Positions 19,936 to 30,249 of a DNA stretch of 64,000 bases are shown piece after piece. Both the position numbers and the translations under genes were made by a program. The notes under the pieces were generated by a model, which searched no databases, was not told the origin of the DNA, and worked only from the letters and a program-made list of their open reading frames with translations. This DNA comes from an uncultured Holophagales bacterium (GTDB lineage Bacteria; Acidobacteriota; Thermoanaerobaculia; Multivoradales; UBA5704), in the NCBI GenBank assembly GCA_963842525.1, contig CAWJGT010000009.1, positions 864,001-928,000 on the forward strand, in the 5' to 3' direction. Each line of letters opens with the position of its first letter. Position 1 is the stretch's first letter.

Positions 19936-20385
19936 GATGAGCGTGGACGGCATGGATAGGCGTGTCTACGGCAGAGGATGTCATCTGTTCCGGATAAGCC
20001 TGGCCGCGCTGGATAGCGTTATCTGCGCTGGATAAGCTTATCTACGCCGGATAAGCTTATCCTGGCCCAGATAAGCTTATCTGCGGAGGATACGCTTATC
20101 CGTGGCGGATAGCGTTATCTACGGCAGATAAGCTTATCTACGGCGGATAGCCTTATCTGGGCCGGATAAGCTTATCCGCGGCGGATAACGTTATCTGCGC
20201 TGGATAAGCTTATCCGCGGCAGATAGGCTTATCCGCCGCGGATAGTGTTATCTGGGCTGGATAAGCTTATCCGGGCTGGATACCGCTATCTACGCCGGAT
20301 AAGCTTATCCGCGGGCGGATAACGTTATCTGGGGCGGATACGCTTAGCTGTACCGGATACGCTGATCCGCGCCGGATGACTTACG
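19936..20385. repeat. Tandem array of about 23-24 palindromes (consensus GATAAGCTTATC) with 7-nt variable spacers, 19-bp period
   Basis: Read directly, e.g. GATAAGCTTATC-TACGCCG, GATACGCTTATC-CGTGGCG, GATAACGTTATC-TGCGCTG. Degenerate at both ends. Confidence 0.95.
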
Positions 20386-20680
20386 CTGGCGCCGGTAAGG
20401 GTCTCTGCGATGGATACGGGCTGATTGCCTGCACCCGGAGGGATGCTGCGACGTTGCGCCGCCTGGCTTTGTGGGGAGGGAGCCTGGGCAGATCGACTGC
20501 GGAGGTGGCGGGAACAGACGACGGCGCCGGCTTCGTGGCGCTGCTGGCGCGGTTGCGGCCACGGAAGGGCTGCTGCTGGAGGAATGCCTGGATCGCCTCG
20601 TTGCGGACGCACATGCCTGCCAGCGCGGCGATGAGCCACGGCAGTGCTCCCAGCGTCCCTACATAGGCGAATTCAGTCAT
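20381..20680 (-). CDS. Small hypothetical protein, possibly an internally deleted remnant, ending at the palindrome array
   Basis: Purine-rich RBS (GAGAGGAAAGAGA-ATG). QPFRGR followed by a Pro/Ala/Ser-rich tail. Confidence 0.4.
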   Translation of the reverse strand: MTEFAYVGTLGALPWLIAALAGMCVRNEAIQAFLQQQPFRGRNRASSATKPAPSSVPATSAVDLPRLPPHKARRRNVAASLRVQAISPYPSQRPLPAPA

Positions 20681-21068
20681 TCTCTTTCCTCTCGTTCCTC
20701 ATCGGTCTCTGATGATACTCTGGATCGAAATCGACCTCGCAGCGCATGATAGGGATGAGGAACTCACAGTGGTCTCGACCGCGGCAATCAGCTCCTGGGC
20801 TTGCTGCTCGGGCGTACCCGCAGTTCCCGGCTGGGGAGTCGGCGGCGTGGCCGGCACACGCACTGGGTAGGGCTGGCCCGCCGACCTTGGTGCGGCCGTG
20901 ATCCGGTCCTCATGGTCTATGACGCTGCTGTCGGCGAGGAGGGCGGATGGGTGCAGGTCCACGCTGTCTTTGCCTGCATCCGGATTCGGGCCGAGGCCCG
21001 ATTGCGAATGAAGGCGTATTGGGCGTTAGGTAGGCATGGAGCGGGGGCGGAGCGCACTTCTTCTCAGC

Positions 21069-22133
21069 TCATCTCATCAGCCCTCCGCACGCCGCTTTGA
21101 TCTGGTCAACCGACAGCCCCGCGCCCTGCATCTGGATAATCTGGTCGACCGTGCAGACCGGAGGCTTCGGCGCTTCCACCATCACGGCCTTTTTCGCAAG
21201 AACCTCCTCCAGAAGGCCTTCAAGAATAGGCGCTGCTACCTTAGTTATGGATTGACTGTCGGCCGGGGCTTCTCCGCTCGCCGTTGCCGCAGCGACCGCC
21301 CTGCCAGCAGTGTCGAAGACGTTCAGCGTCATGCTGTAATGCAGCGCCTGCGCGACCTCCCATTGCTTCAGCTCCAGGAGAAACAAGCGCATTCCGCCGG
21401 TCGCCCTGAGCTTTTCGACGAGTTCGCTACGGTCAACCACCGGTGCAGCCTCGACGGCGGTGTAGCTCAGCCCGCGGCTTCTTAGAATCCGGCCCAGCAA
21501 CCCTCGGACCTCTGTAACCGGGACCCCCCGCGCGCCCTCGGGCCTCTGGTCCCATACGGCCACTCCCGCCATGTCCTCAGGAGATCGGCCGTCGGTCAGG
21601 CCTAGATCAGGATCCCATCCCCTGAAACCACCTCTGTCAGGCACTGACGAGACCACCACGGTGGAAACGCCCGACTCAACAACCTCTGCAATCGCTGCCA
21701 CTATGCCGCCCTGAATACCCGCGTTGCCAGCGCTCCAAGTGACAACTGAACGGACGAAGTAGCGGCCTGGAGCTAGGTTCGCAAAGACAAACCTCCCGTC
21801 TGCGTCGGCCGTCGTTACTCTGCGCGCGTGGCGAAAACGCCCGTCAGGGGGCATCGCCTTCTTTTCCCGCCAGTCTGAACCGGCGTGTTTCCACCAGACC
21901 GCTGAATAGGGCGTCACCGGATCGAGGGTCACCTCGGCGCCCGCCGCCGGCTTGACAGCCCCCCCAACCGTCGTCAAGAACGCCTGGCCCCTCAACGACC
22001 CGGGGCCGCCGACAGCAAACGAAGCGTACTCCTCGGTAGGGAAGGGCGGATACTGCGGGTCCCTCTCTCTCGCTGCCAGCGGCGCAACGGCCGCTGCTAC
22101 GGCAAGGGCGATCGCTACGACTCTGACGCGCAT
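21069..22133 (-). CDS. Exported protein with carboxypeptidase-regulatory-like beta-sandwich domain
   Basis: GAGGAG RBS and signal peptide. GSLRGQAFLTTVGG...TTADADGRFVFANLAPGRYFV. Atypical codon usage. Confidence 0.75.
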   Translation of the reverse strand: MRVRVVAIALAVAAAVAPLAARERDPQYPPFPTEEYASFAVGGPGSLRGQAFLTTVGGAVKPAAGAEVTLDPVTPYSAVWWKHAGSDWREKKAMPPDGRFRHARRVTTADADGRFVFANLAPGRYFVRSVVTWSAGNAGIQGGIVAAIAEVVESGVSTVVVSSVPDRGGFRGWDPDLGLTDGRSPEDMAGVAVWDQRPEGARGVPVTEVRGLLGRILRSRGLSYTAVEAAPVVDRSELVEKLRATGGMRLFLLELKQWEVAQALHYSMTLNVFDTAGRAVAAATASGEAPADSQSITKVAAPILEGLLEEVLAKKAVMVEAPKPPVCTVDQIIQMQGAGLSVDQIKAACGGLMR

Positions 22134-22338
22134 GGCTGTGCTCCTCTCTCAGAGGGAGTGGGGGTTCCCAGCGGGCTTCTCTTCCCCCCGTGCCTCTCTG
22201 GAAATTCTGTAGCGGCGCCGTTACGACGTCCAACCGCCCCACTACCGCCCAAGTCTACCTCAGGGAGTGCATGTTGGGCCCACGGTCCGCCCGTCCGGAA
22301 GCACCCCCCAACGGCTCCTGGAAATTGGGAGGCGCCAA

Positions 22339-22385
22339 CCTGGCGCTGAAGCGCCAGGCTTTATGCCCAGGCCCCTTCGGGGCCT
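22339..22385. repeat. REP-like double hairpin
   Basis: CCTGGCGC-TGAA-GCGCCAGG followed by AGGCCCC-TTC-GGGGCCT. Confidence 0.6.
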
Positions 22386-22534
22386 CTCCAATCGAAGCCG
22401 AGCGAATCTGACAAGGTAGGTTTAGGCGTCCCCCTATAATTGCCGGCCGACCTCACCCTTCCCATATATTTCTCGATAGTCTGTATCGAAGTTCTTTGTC
22501 GACAACCACGACTCGGTAGTAAGCGCCTTTCCGC

Positions 22535-25129
22535 TCACTCCTCCCGCAGCGCCAGAGCCGGCGACGTTCTGGCCATCCTCCAGGCCGGGTAGAGGCCGGC
22601 GAGGAGGGCGGCAGCGAGGGCCAGGAGGAGGGCCTGGAGGAGGATCTCGGGGGCGACTTCCATCCGAATGGTCCAGCCGAAAGAGCGCCGGTTGATCACG
22701 AAGATCATGATTGCCGCGAGCGCCAGGCCCACCGGGATCGACAGCAGGCCGGCGGCGAGTCCGATCAGGCCGGTCTGGGCCGTGATCAGCTCCCAGACCT
22801 GTCCCGGCGTGAGACCGTTGGCGCGAAGCACGCCGAGCTCCCGTGCCCGTTCGAGCTGCAGGGCCATCAGCGACGAGAGGACGCCCAGGAAGGCGACCAA
22901 TCCGGCCAGAAGCCGGAGCACGGCGGTGATCCGGAACGTGCGGTCGAAGACTTCGAGCGAGCCCTGCTTGAGGGCCCGGTTCGAGCGAAAGAGCACCGCC
23001 TGGTCTCCCAGGGCGGCGCGCAGGCGCTCGATCGTCGCGTCGGGATCCGCTCCCGGCGCAAGGTCCAGCGAAAAGCCTGAAAGCTTCGGATCGTTCCACC
23101 AGCGCAGGTAGGCAGGCCGGCTCATGAGGACGAGCCCCTGGTCCGAGGCGTAGTCGTAATAGACGCCTGCGATCCGGAAGGTCTGGTCGCCGCGGGCGGT
23201 CCGCAGCCGCAGGGTCGAGCCCGCCTCCACGCCGTGGCGGCGGGCGAACGGCTCGGACACGGCCACAGCCTCGCCGCGCTGGAACGCCGGCCAGACCTCG
23301 TCCGGGTCGCCGTCCAGCAGCTCGAAGGAGGAGGCCAGGCTCCGCTCGTCCGTGCCGAGAGCGAGCATGCGGACCGGCCCCTCGGGGGTCGGGATCTCGA
23401 CCCGCCGCAGCAGATGGACCCGCTCGACTCCGGGAAGCGCGGCAGTGCGGCGAGCTACCTCCGGATCGAGGTCGGCGCCCGCGAAGCCGCCGGCCCGGCT
23501 CAGGACGGAGGCGTAGATGTCGGACTGGAGCGACATCTCCAGCCAGCGCACGACCGTCTGCCGGAAGCTGCCGATCATGACTCCGATCCCGACCGTCACC
23601 GAGACGGCGATCACCAGCGCGGCGATGGCGACCGCGGTGCGCGACAGCGACGCGACCACGCCGCCGGCCGCCATTTTCCCCAGGATGCCGAACAGTGCTC
23701 CCATCGGGCGGCGGAGCAGGAGCATCAGCAAGACTGTCGCGCCAGGAGCTAGCAGGGCGCAGCCCAGGATGACCCCGAAGAGGCCCACGAAGCTCAGGAC
23801 CAGGCTGCCGGGGACGGCGAGGAGCACCGCGCCGGCCAGCAGGAGCCCGAGGCCGAGGAGCGTGGCGCGGGGCAGGGCCCTGCGCAGACGCGCCTCCAGG
23901 GCGGAGCGGGTGAGCACGGCGCGCGGCGGCGCCTGCGTGGCCTCCCAGGCCGGGGCCAGGGCGGCGAGCAGGGTCGCTCCGAGGCCGATCGCCGCCCCCT
24001 TGACCAGAGAGAAGAGCGGCAGGTCGAGGTCGCGCACGGACAGGACGAAGTAGAGGTCGTTGATCGTCTGCGTGGTCAGCCGCACGAGCTCGCGGCCGAG
24101 CAGGACGCCGCAGACCAGCCCCGCCGCGGTGCCGAGCACGGCCACGCCGAGCGCTTCGGCGAGCACCAGGGTGAAGACCTCGCGGCGGGTCACGCCCAGG
24201 GCGCGCAGCGTGCCGATCAGCGTCCGGCGCTGCACGACCGAAAAGGTCATGGTGTTGTAGATGAGGAAGACGCCGCAGACCAGGGCGAGCAGGGAAAGAG
24301 CGGTCAGATTCAGCCGGAAGGCGCTCGTCATCTCCTCCGTTGTCCGGGAGCGGCCCGCTGCCTGGAGGATCTGGGCTCCGGGCGGCAGGACGGCTTCAGC
24401 GCGGGCGAGGAGGCTGGCGCCGGCAGGTCCTTCCGGGGTGATCAGGTCGATGCGGTCGATCCGCCCGGCGCGGCCGAGCAGCTCCTGGGCCGCCGCGATG
24501 TCCATCACCAGGAGGTCGGCCAGCGCACGGCGGGTGTTGTCGTCGTCCGGCTCCAGGATGCCGGCGAGCTCGACGGTCTTTTCGGTATTGCCGATCCGCA
24601 CCACGAACCGGTCTCCGGGCCGGAGGCCCAGCTCCGCGGCGGTGAAGGAGGAGAGCACGGCCGCTCCCGGACGGGTGAGCAGGGGGCCGAGGTCGACGCC
24701 TCCTCCCCGATCCTCGGCACCGCGGGAGAGGGTGCCGGTTGCCCGAAGGTAAGGCCGGAACGGAGGCTCCGAAAAGGGATCGATTCCCAGGACGCGAAAC
24801 AAGCGGATCCCTTGGCCGGGCCGGCGGGGGATTGTGACGTATCCCTCGACCGCGGGGGCCATGGGCAACTCGCCGGCGAGCCCCGCATCCACCGCCAGCC
24901 GGCGGAAGACCGGATCGGGCAGCCCCTGCGGCCCGCCGACGATCTGATGAGTGGCGCGTCCGGTCACCGCCTCGGTCGAGAGCGCGAAGGCGCGGCTCGC
25001 GCTGGTGTTGGCAACGTCGATCGAGACCATGACGGCGACGCCGAGCGCCACGCCCAGGATGGCGAGCCCGATCTGCCAGGGGTGCCGGACGAGGTAGCGC
25101 CGGCTCGACCGCCAGAGGAGAGGCGTCAC
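22535..25129 (-). CDS. FtsX/MacB-type ABC transporter permease (duplicated FtsX domains)
   Basis: [44 protein letters not shown] and C-terminal [16 protein letters not shown]. Confidence 0.93.
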   Translation of the reverse strand: MTPLLWRSSRRYLVRHPWQIGLAILGVALGVAVMVSIDVANTSASRAFALSTEAVTGRATHQIVGGPQGLPDPVFRRLAVDAGLAGELPMAPAVEGYVTIPRRPGQGIRLFRVLGIDPFSEPPFRPYLRATGTLSRGAEDRGGGVDLGPLLTRPGAAVLSSFTAAELGLRPGDRFVVRIGNTEKTVELAGILEPDDDNTRRALADLLVMDIAAAQELLGRAGRIDRIDLITPEGPAGASLLARAEAVLPPGAQILQAAGRSRTTEEMTSAFRLNLTALSLLALVCGVFLIYNTMTFSVVQRRTLIGTLRALGVTRREVFTLVLAEALGVAVLGTAAGLVCGVLLGRELVRLTTQTINDLYFVLSVRDLDLPLFSLVKGAAIGLGATLLAALAPAWEATQAPPRAVLTRSALEARLRRALPRATLLGLGLLLAGAVLLAVPGSLVLSFVGLFGVILGCALLAPGATVLLMLLLRRPMGALFGILGKMAAGGVVASLSRTAVAIAALVIAVSVTVGIGVMIGSFRQTVVRWLEMSLQSDIYASVLSRAGGFAGADLDPEVARRTAALPGVERVHLLRRVEIPTPEGPVRMLALGTDERSLASSFELLDGDPDEVWPAFQRGEAVAVSEPFARRHGVEAGSTLRLRTARGDQTFRIAGVYYDYASDQGLVLMSRPAYLRWWNDPKLSGFSLDLAPGADPDATIERLRAALGDQAVLFRSNRALKQGSLEVFDRTFRITAVLRLLAGLVAFLGVLSSLMALQLERARELGVLRANGLTPGQVWELITAQTGLIGLAAGLLSIPVGLALAAIMIFVINRRSFGWTIRMEVAPEILLQALLLALAAALLAGLYPAWRMARTSPALALREE

Positions 25130-25824
25130 TGCTCCCCCCGGGCTGTCTGCTCGACGAGGCGGCAGTCCTCGACCCGGAACACCCGGTCGGCGAGCCCTAC
25201 GACCTCGGAGCTGTGGGTGACCATGACCATGGTCTTGCCGGCTTGGCGGGTCAGCCGGTCGAGGATCTCCAGGATCTGGAGGCCGGTTTCCAGGTCCAGA
25301 TTACCGGTCGGCTCGTCGGCGAGCACGAGGAGCGGATCGTGCGCCAGGGCCCGGGCCACGGCGACCCGCTGCTGCTCGCCGCCGGACAGGCGGTCGGGAT
25401 AGCTCGACGCACGGTCGCCCAGCCCCACCTCGTCGAGGAGAGCGAGCGCGGCCCGCCGCTCCTCCGGCCGCACCTTTCCCTTCAGCTCCAAGGGAAGGAG
25501 AAGGTTTTCCTCGACGGTCAAGGTCGGGATCAGGTTGAAGAACTGGAAGACGAAGCCGATCTTGTCGCGCCGGAAGAGAGTCCGTTCCCGTTCGGAGAGG
25601 CGAGCGATCGAGACCCCATCGATCACCACCTCGCCGAAGCTGGGCAGGTCGATCCCTGAGAGCAGGTTGAGCAGCGTCGATTTGCCCGAGCCGCTGCGCC
25701 CGATCAGCACCGCCAGCTCGCCGCGCCCGATCTCCGCGCTGGCATCGCAGAGAACCATCCGCTGCCGCCCGCCCTCCTCGTATGTCTTGGTGAGGTTGCG
25801 GATCTCGATGAGGGGGGACGTCAT
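25126..25824 (-). CDS. ABC transporter ATP-binding protein (LolD-like)
   Basis: [28 protein letters not shown] and MVTH. Confidence 0.95.
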   Translation of the reverse strand: MTSPLIEIRNLTKTYEEGGRQRMVLCDASAEIGRGELAVLIGRSGSGKSTLLNLLSGIDLPSFGEVVIDGVSIARLSERERTLFRRDKIGFVFQFFNLIPTLTVEENLLLPLELKGKVRPEERRAALALLDEVGLGDRASSYPDRLSGGEQQRVAVARALAHDPLLVLADEPTGNLDLETGLQILEILDRLTRQAGKTMVMVTHSSEVVGLADRVFRVEDCRLVEQTARGEQ

Positions 25825-26243
25825 GCGGAGGCGAGACGGGTCCGGATCGCGTTCACGAAAGTCAGGAGATCGTCGAGATGGAAACGGACGATTTTCTCGA
25901 CTTCTGCCGGATCGACTCTCTCATAGCTATGGACGAGGATGTTGCGGAACCCCACCATCTTGCTCAGGGGCTCTGCGAGGTCTCTGGGAAGCCAGCCATA
26001 CCGCACCAGCAGCTCGAAAAAGCCACGGTTTGTATCGGGAACGCCGTAACGCTCGTCGGCCACGATGTGAGCGGCAATGTCGAGGGCGGCCTGGATTGCG
26101 ATCTGCAACGTACGCTCTTCGAATCGCTGCTCCCTGATGTCCGTCTGGAGCTCTTCTGGGTGAGCAAACGTCCGCAGCTCGCGAACGTAGGACTCGATAA
26201 GGGTGAGTTTCTTGTACACGAGATCGACATCGGTCACGATCAC
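25821..26243 (-). CDS. HepT-like (DUF86, HEPN) ribonuclease toxin
   Basis: [17 protein letters not shown] and FRNILVHSY (RxxxxH). GTGA overlap with the MNT stop. Confidence 0.9.
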   Translation of the reverse strand: MIVTDVDLVYKKLTLIESYVRELRTFAHPEELQTDIREQRFEERTLQIAIQAALDIAAHIVADERYGVPDTNRGFFELLVRYGWLPRDLAEPLSKMVGFRNILVHSYERVDPAEVEKIVRFHLDDLLTFVNAIRTRLASA

Positions 26244-26647
26244 GCTCCTGGCCGATAACACAGGCGAAGGTACGGTTCGAGATCCCAATATTCCTTGTGC
26301 GAGCGGACCTCGAAGCGGATACGTCGAGAGCGGTCTCGCTCCACGAGCAGCCTGCCGTCGCGCAGCACCCGGAAGATCAGGTCGACAGGCGCGCGGTTCA
26401 GGACGACGACCTGGGTGGGAAGCCCGAGAGCTACGGTCAGGTCTTCTTCGAGGTCGAAGGCGCGCCCGATCTCGTCGAGGGTCTGAGGCCGGTTCTCGCT
26501 GTACAGGATGCCGACATCGACGTCGCTGTCCGGCCGGGCGGTCCCCCGGGCCACACTGCCGAAGAGCCACGCCGCGGCGATCCCCTCCGCCTCCGCCCGG
26601 GCGGACAGGACCTCCCGCAGCTTCCTCTCGATCGCCGCCACGTCCAT
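26240..26647 (-). CDS. MntA-like minimal nucleotidyltransferase antitoxin
   Basis: LFGSVARG..RPDSDVDVGIL. Confidence 0.9.
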   Translation of the reverse strand: MDVAAIERKLREVLSARAEAEGIAAAWLFGSVARGTARPDSDVDVGILYSENRPQTLDEIGRAFDLEEDLTVALGLPTQVVVLNRAPVDLIFRVLRDGRLLVERDRSRRIRFEVRSHKEYWDLEPYLRLCYRPGA

Positions 26648-26739
26648 GGCTGGGGATTATAGGATGGTCCGAGTGCAGGGCTCTCTCGCCCGGGAAGTCA
26701 TCGCCGGCTGACAACCGCACCCAAGGTGGCGGCACGCGG

Positions 26740-26905
26740 CGCTGGGAGCGCCGGCGTCTCGCCGGCATCATCAAGACAGTGGGCCGAAGGCCCGGCCTTG
26801 TTGGGGACGGCGGGAGGCGAGATGAGGCTTCGGGGCTGCGGAGCCCATCGATGGCCGTCATGGTCGCGGGGAGTGTGGGCCGGCGAGACGCCGGCACTCC
26901 CAGCG
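26740..26905. repeat. REP doublet (27-bp inverted repeat pair)
   Basis: CGCTGGGAGCGCCGGCGTCTCGCCGGC at 26740-26766 with its reverse complement (1 mismatch) at 26879-26905. Confidence 0.8.
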
Positions 26906-27116
26906 GGCGATGCTCGGCCTTCGCGCCGAAGGCCTGCATCAAAGTGCAGGTCATCCCTCGCATCGGGAGCAGTGCACGCTGATACAGGAGCTCCAGTTCT
27001 GGTTGCTAGGGTTACGTGGTAGAGATCGCCACAAGGGGTTCTTCGAGCGGATCGACCACGAGAAACTCATGCAGACGCTCGAGCTGAGACCGCAACACAC
27101 TATTCCGCCAGGAAAG

Positions 27117-28064
27117 ATGAACACGGCTTTTCTGCTCGGCGCCGGCTTCTCGAGGTGGGCAGCCGATGTACCTGTCGCCGCGCAGCTGTTTGACTTCCGT
27201 ATATCCGCGACGTCGCGTGACCGCCCCAAGCTGGATCTCGTCCGCAGCCTAAAAGAATCCTGGGACGATGCTCATCCGGGTGCCTACGCCGAGCAGTTCA
27301 TTGCGCACGTGTTCGAGCGCTATCTTCAACGCGAACAAGCAGCCCTCAGCTGGTACATAGCTCGTCGTCTGAACGAACCCTTTCTGTGGCGCCAGCAGCA
27401 CGGTGGCGTTGTTCGACGCCGAACTCTCTCCATCGACGAGACATACAAGCGCCATCTGCCCGGCCTCAGCACCGTACGTGACTTTCTGACCGAGCAGGGG
27501 CTTGAGCGAGCGCTGGGTATTATCACCACCAACTACGACCTCCTCGTTGAGTACGCACTTGGATCAAGCGGCTTTCACTATGGAGAAGAGGGCGAGCAGC
27601 TTCATGGACCGGGTGCGCACCCAATGCGGCGTGAGCCCGTTGTCCTCACCGGTCGTCTTCCGCTCGCGAAGCTTCACGGCAGCATCTCCTGGGACCAGGG
27701 GACACGGACACGGTACACTGATGGGAGGCGTGCACTCACAGGGAATGCCCTCATCGTAGCCCCCGTGCCAGAGAAGACGCCACCGCCTGCTCTGCAGCCA
27801 ACTTGGCAGCTGGCTGCGGACATCTTGAGGCGCAGCGAGCGAGTGGTGGTCTTCGGCTTCGCGTTCAACCCATACGACGTCGCGGTCCAAGAGCTGCTAT
27901 CTGAAGCTGGCAAGTCATTACGAAGGGTGGAGCTGTTCGACATCGCACCACCCGTACAGCGAGCGCAGGAGGTGTGGCCTGCGGCTGAGATCATGCCTCT
28001 GCGCCCGCCCCCTGAAGCCGGTATGCCAACGCTGCCGACTGGTAGCGATCTAATGAGGCGTTGA
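27117..28064 (+). CDS. SIR2-like (SIR2_2) domain protein, probable defence NADase
   Basis: FLLGAGFS, IITTNYDLLVE, LAKLHGSISW and VVFGFAFNPYD. Atypical codon usage. Confidence 0.85.
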   Translation: MNTAFLLGAGFSRWAADVPVAAQLFDFRISATSRDRPKLDLVRSLKESWDDAHPGAYAEQFIAHVFERYLQREQAALSWYIARRLNEPFLWRQQHGGVVRRRTLSIDETYKRHLPGLSTVRDFLTEQGLERALGIITTNYDLLVEYALGSSGFHYGEEGEQLHGPGAHPMRREPVVLTGRLPLAKLHGSISWDQGTRTRYTDGRRALTGNALIVAPVPEKTPPPALQPTWQLAADILRRSERVVVFGFAFNPYDVAVQELLSEAGKSLRRVELFDIAPPVQRAQEVWPAAEIMPLRPPPEAGMPTLPTGSDLMRR

Positions 28065-28147
28065 AGCTGACAAAGCGGCCCGGCTCTCCTCGGCACAGAA
28101 GTCACAGCGTGGGCTGCTTGGCGCTTAACTTTGTTCTCCTGTTGAGG
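28048..28147 (+). mobile_element. Degenerate integron attC-like site
   Basis: ATCTAAT-N5-GTTGAAGC-TGAC-AAAGCGGCCC...GGGCTGCTT-GGC-GCTTAAC...GTT. Box order and central stem match attC, but R'' and the R' spacing are imperfect. Confidence 0.55.
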
Positions 28148-28185
28148 TATGGCACGATCCGCAATAGGCTAAAGACTGCAGTCGA

Positions 28186-29649
28186 TCAGTTTCCCTCCTC
28201 CGCCAGCTCGGCCAACATGGCCTTCAGCAGCTCCCAGAACCTTCCGACCGCGGGGACGTGGACCCGCTCGTCGGGGGAGTGGGCGCCGCGGATGGTGGGT
28301 CCGAAGGAGATCATTTGCATGCCGGGGACCTTCTCGCCGATGATGCCGCATTCGAGCCCGGCATGGACCGCCTTGACCTCGGCCTCCTTGCCGGTCAGGC
28401 GCTGGTGCAGCTCCTGGAACTGGGCGAGAAGGGGCGACTGGGGGTCCGGCTTCCAGCCTGGATAGCCGTGCGGCTCGTCCACCGCGGCGCCGGCCAGCTC
28501 GGCCGCGGCGCGGATCCGGCGGCGGACAGCCCGCAGAGCGGAGTCGACCGAGCTGCGCGAGCTCGAAAGGAGCGCCAGATCACCGTTCCTCGGCTCGATC
28601 GACGCCAGGTTCGTGCTGGTCTCGACGAGGCCGGGGATGGCCTGACTCATCGCGACGACGCCGTGGGGAAGGGCTTCCAGCAGGTCGATCGCGCGATGGC
28701 TGAGCTCCGTGGTCCAGGCGCTCTCCGGTGCGTCGGACGCGCCGACTGTGAGGCGGACGTCGGGCTCGCCCGGATTGAGCTCGGACCGGATCGCCTCCGC
28801 CTCCCGCTCCAGGATCGCTGTCACAGCCTCCCGGTCCTCAGAGCGCACCACGATCGTGGCGGCGGCCTCCCGGGGGATGGCGTTGTGCTTGCCGCCGCCT
28901 CGGAGCTCGCCGAGACGGAAAGGATGCTCGAGCGCCGCTGCGTGGAGGGCCCGGGCGAGGAGCTTGATGGCGTTGCCGCGCGGCAGGTGGATCTCCATCC
29001 CGGAGTGCCCTCCCTGCAGCCCGGACACCTTGACCGCCAAGGCTGTCGAGCCGGCCGGGACCGCCTCGCCCGCGATCGGGAGCGAGAGCGCGCTCATCCC
29101 TGCGCCCGCGCAGCCGATGGTCACCTCCCCCTCCTCCTCGGTGTCGAGGTTGAGCATTTTCTTCCCAGTGAGCAGGCTGGCGTCGAGGTCGGTCGCACCG
29201 GTAAGGCCGGTCTCCTCGTCGATGGTGAACAGGAGCTCCAGAGGACCGTGGACGAGGTCGTCGGCTTCCAGGACGGCGAGCATGGCGGCGGCGCCGATGC
29301 CGTTGTCCGCCCCCAGCGTGGTCCCGGTCGCCCGCACCCAATCGCCGTCGCGCTGCGGCACGATGGGGTCGCGGGAGAAGTCGTGGGTCACGTCCGAGTT
29401 CTTCTCGGTGACCATGTCGAGATGGGATTGGAGGACGACCGTAGGCGCCCCTTCCTTGCCAGGGCTGGCCGGCTTGTGGACCACTGTGTTGCCCGCCGCG
29501 TCGGTGCGGAGGGCAAGGCCCTTGCGGGCGGCCACATCGAGGACATACTGCCGCGCCGCGGCCTCGTGCTTGGACGCGCGCGGGATCTTCAGGATCTCGT
29601 CGAAGTGCTTCCAGAGGGGCTTGGGGTCGAGGTCGGATACGAAGGTCAT
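28186..29649 (-). CDS. pepD: Aminoacyl-histidine dipeptidase (peptidase M20C)
   Basis: LQSHLDMV, TTLGADNGIG, DEETGL, GGHSG, HAGLECG and GAHSPDE. Confidence 0.95.
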   Translation of the reverse strand: MTFVSDLDPKPLWKHFDEILKIPRASKHEAAARQYVLDVAARKGLALRTDAAGNTVVHKPASPGKEGAPTVVLQSHLDMVTEKNSDVTHDFSRDPIVPQRDGDWVRATGTTLGADNGIGAAAMLAVLEADDLVHGPLELLFTIDEETGLTGATDLDASLLTGKKMLNLDTEEEGEVTIGCAGAGMSALSLPIAGEAVPAGSTALAVKVSGLQGGHSGMEIHLPRGNAIKLLARALHAAALEHPFRLGELRGGGKHNAIPREAAATIVVRSEDREAVTAILEREAEAIRSELNPGEPDVRLTVGASDAPESAWTTELSHRAIDLLEALPHGVVAMSQAIPGLVETSTNLASIEPRNGDLALLSSSRSSVDSALRAVRRRIRAAAELAGAAVDEPHGYPGWKPDPQSPLLAQFQELHQRLTGKEAEVKAVHAGLECGIIGEKVPGMQMISFGPTIRGAHSPDERVHVPAVGRFWELLKAMLAELAEEGN

Positions 29650-29664
29650 GGGGCGCCTCCCAGG

Positions 29665-30249
29665 TTATTGATCAGTGATCAGGAGCAGGTGTGCGCCGAT
29701 TTGTGCCAGATCGGCGATGAACTGGTCGGGATCGGGTTTGTCGATCCATCTAACGACAGCCCAATCGTCTCGCGTGACAGTGCAGAGAAGGCGTGCCAGA
29801 TCGGCCGGAAAGATGCCCGCCGCCTTGCTGCTGGCGCCCTCCAGGGCAGCCTCGATGGATAATCCCAGGTGACAGCAAAATCCCCAGATATCTGCCGGAT
29901 CTTTCGGTTCTTCCCGGTCGATGAGAGCCGTGATCTTGTTGGCCAGGATGTTCAAGCGGATCGACTCTTCTACGAGACTCAGGCGGACGAATCGCTCCTC
30001 CCGCTGCAAAACGTCGGTGCGCCATGTTTCGCCTTCCGAGAGCGCCGCGATGAAGCGCTCCGCCCAGAGCCGGAAGTCCTTCTGATCATTAACGAAGAGA
30101 TCCAGGTCGTCCGAAAACCGGTGGCGCAAATAGCCCCGCGAGGCGGCCGTCCCACCTGTCAGATAGAAGCCGGTCTCGAGACGGTCCAGTACTTGGAGAG
30201 CTCGATCCTGGAGGGGATAGAGCACATCGAAATAGAAGGAGCTATCCAC
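29665..30249 (-). CDS. AbiEii/AbiGii-family nucleotidyltransferase toxin (possible internal deletion)
   Basis: FYLTGGTA, HRFSDDLDLF, ILANKITAL and R.EPKD..DI. Confidence 0.85.
   Translation of the reverse strand: MDSSFYFDVLYPLQDRALQVLDRLETGFYLTGGTAASRGYLRHRFSDDLDLFVNDQKDFRLWAERFIAALSEGETWRTDVLQREERFVRLSLVEESIRLNILANKITALIDREEPKDPADIWGFCCHLGLSIEAALEGASSKAAGIFPADLARLLCTVTRDDWAVVRWIDKPDPDQFIADLAQIGAHLLLITDQ

Noticed and set aside
19936-20385. CRISPR array
   Set aside because: Repeats are 12 bp and spacers 7 bp, far below CRISPR sizes, and no cas genes are present.
20699-20962. Small minus-strand ORF
   Set aside because: No recognisable motif or clear RBS, and low complexity.
21025-22279. Integron cassette boundaries around the exported-protein gene (GTTGGAC upstream, ACCTAAC downstream, GTCCAAC...GTTGGGC at 22228-22279)
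   Set aside because: Only 7-bp core-like motifs are present, with no convincing L boxes or stem, so they could be chance matches.
19830-22601. DGR template/variable repeat pair
   Set aside because: Mismatches are not adenine-specific on either strand, and no reverse transcriptase is present.
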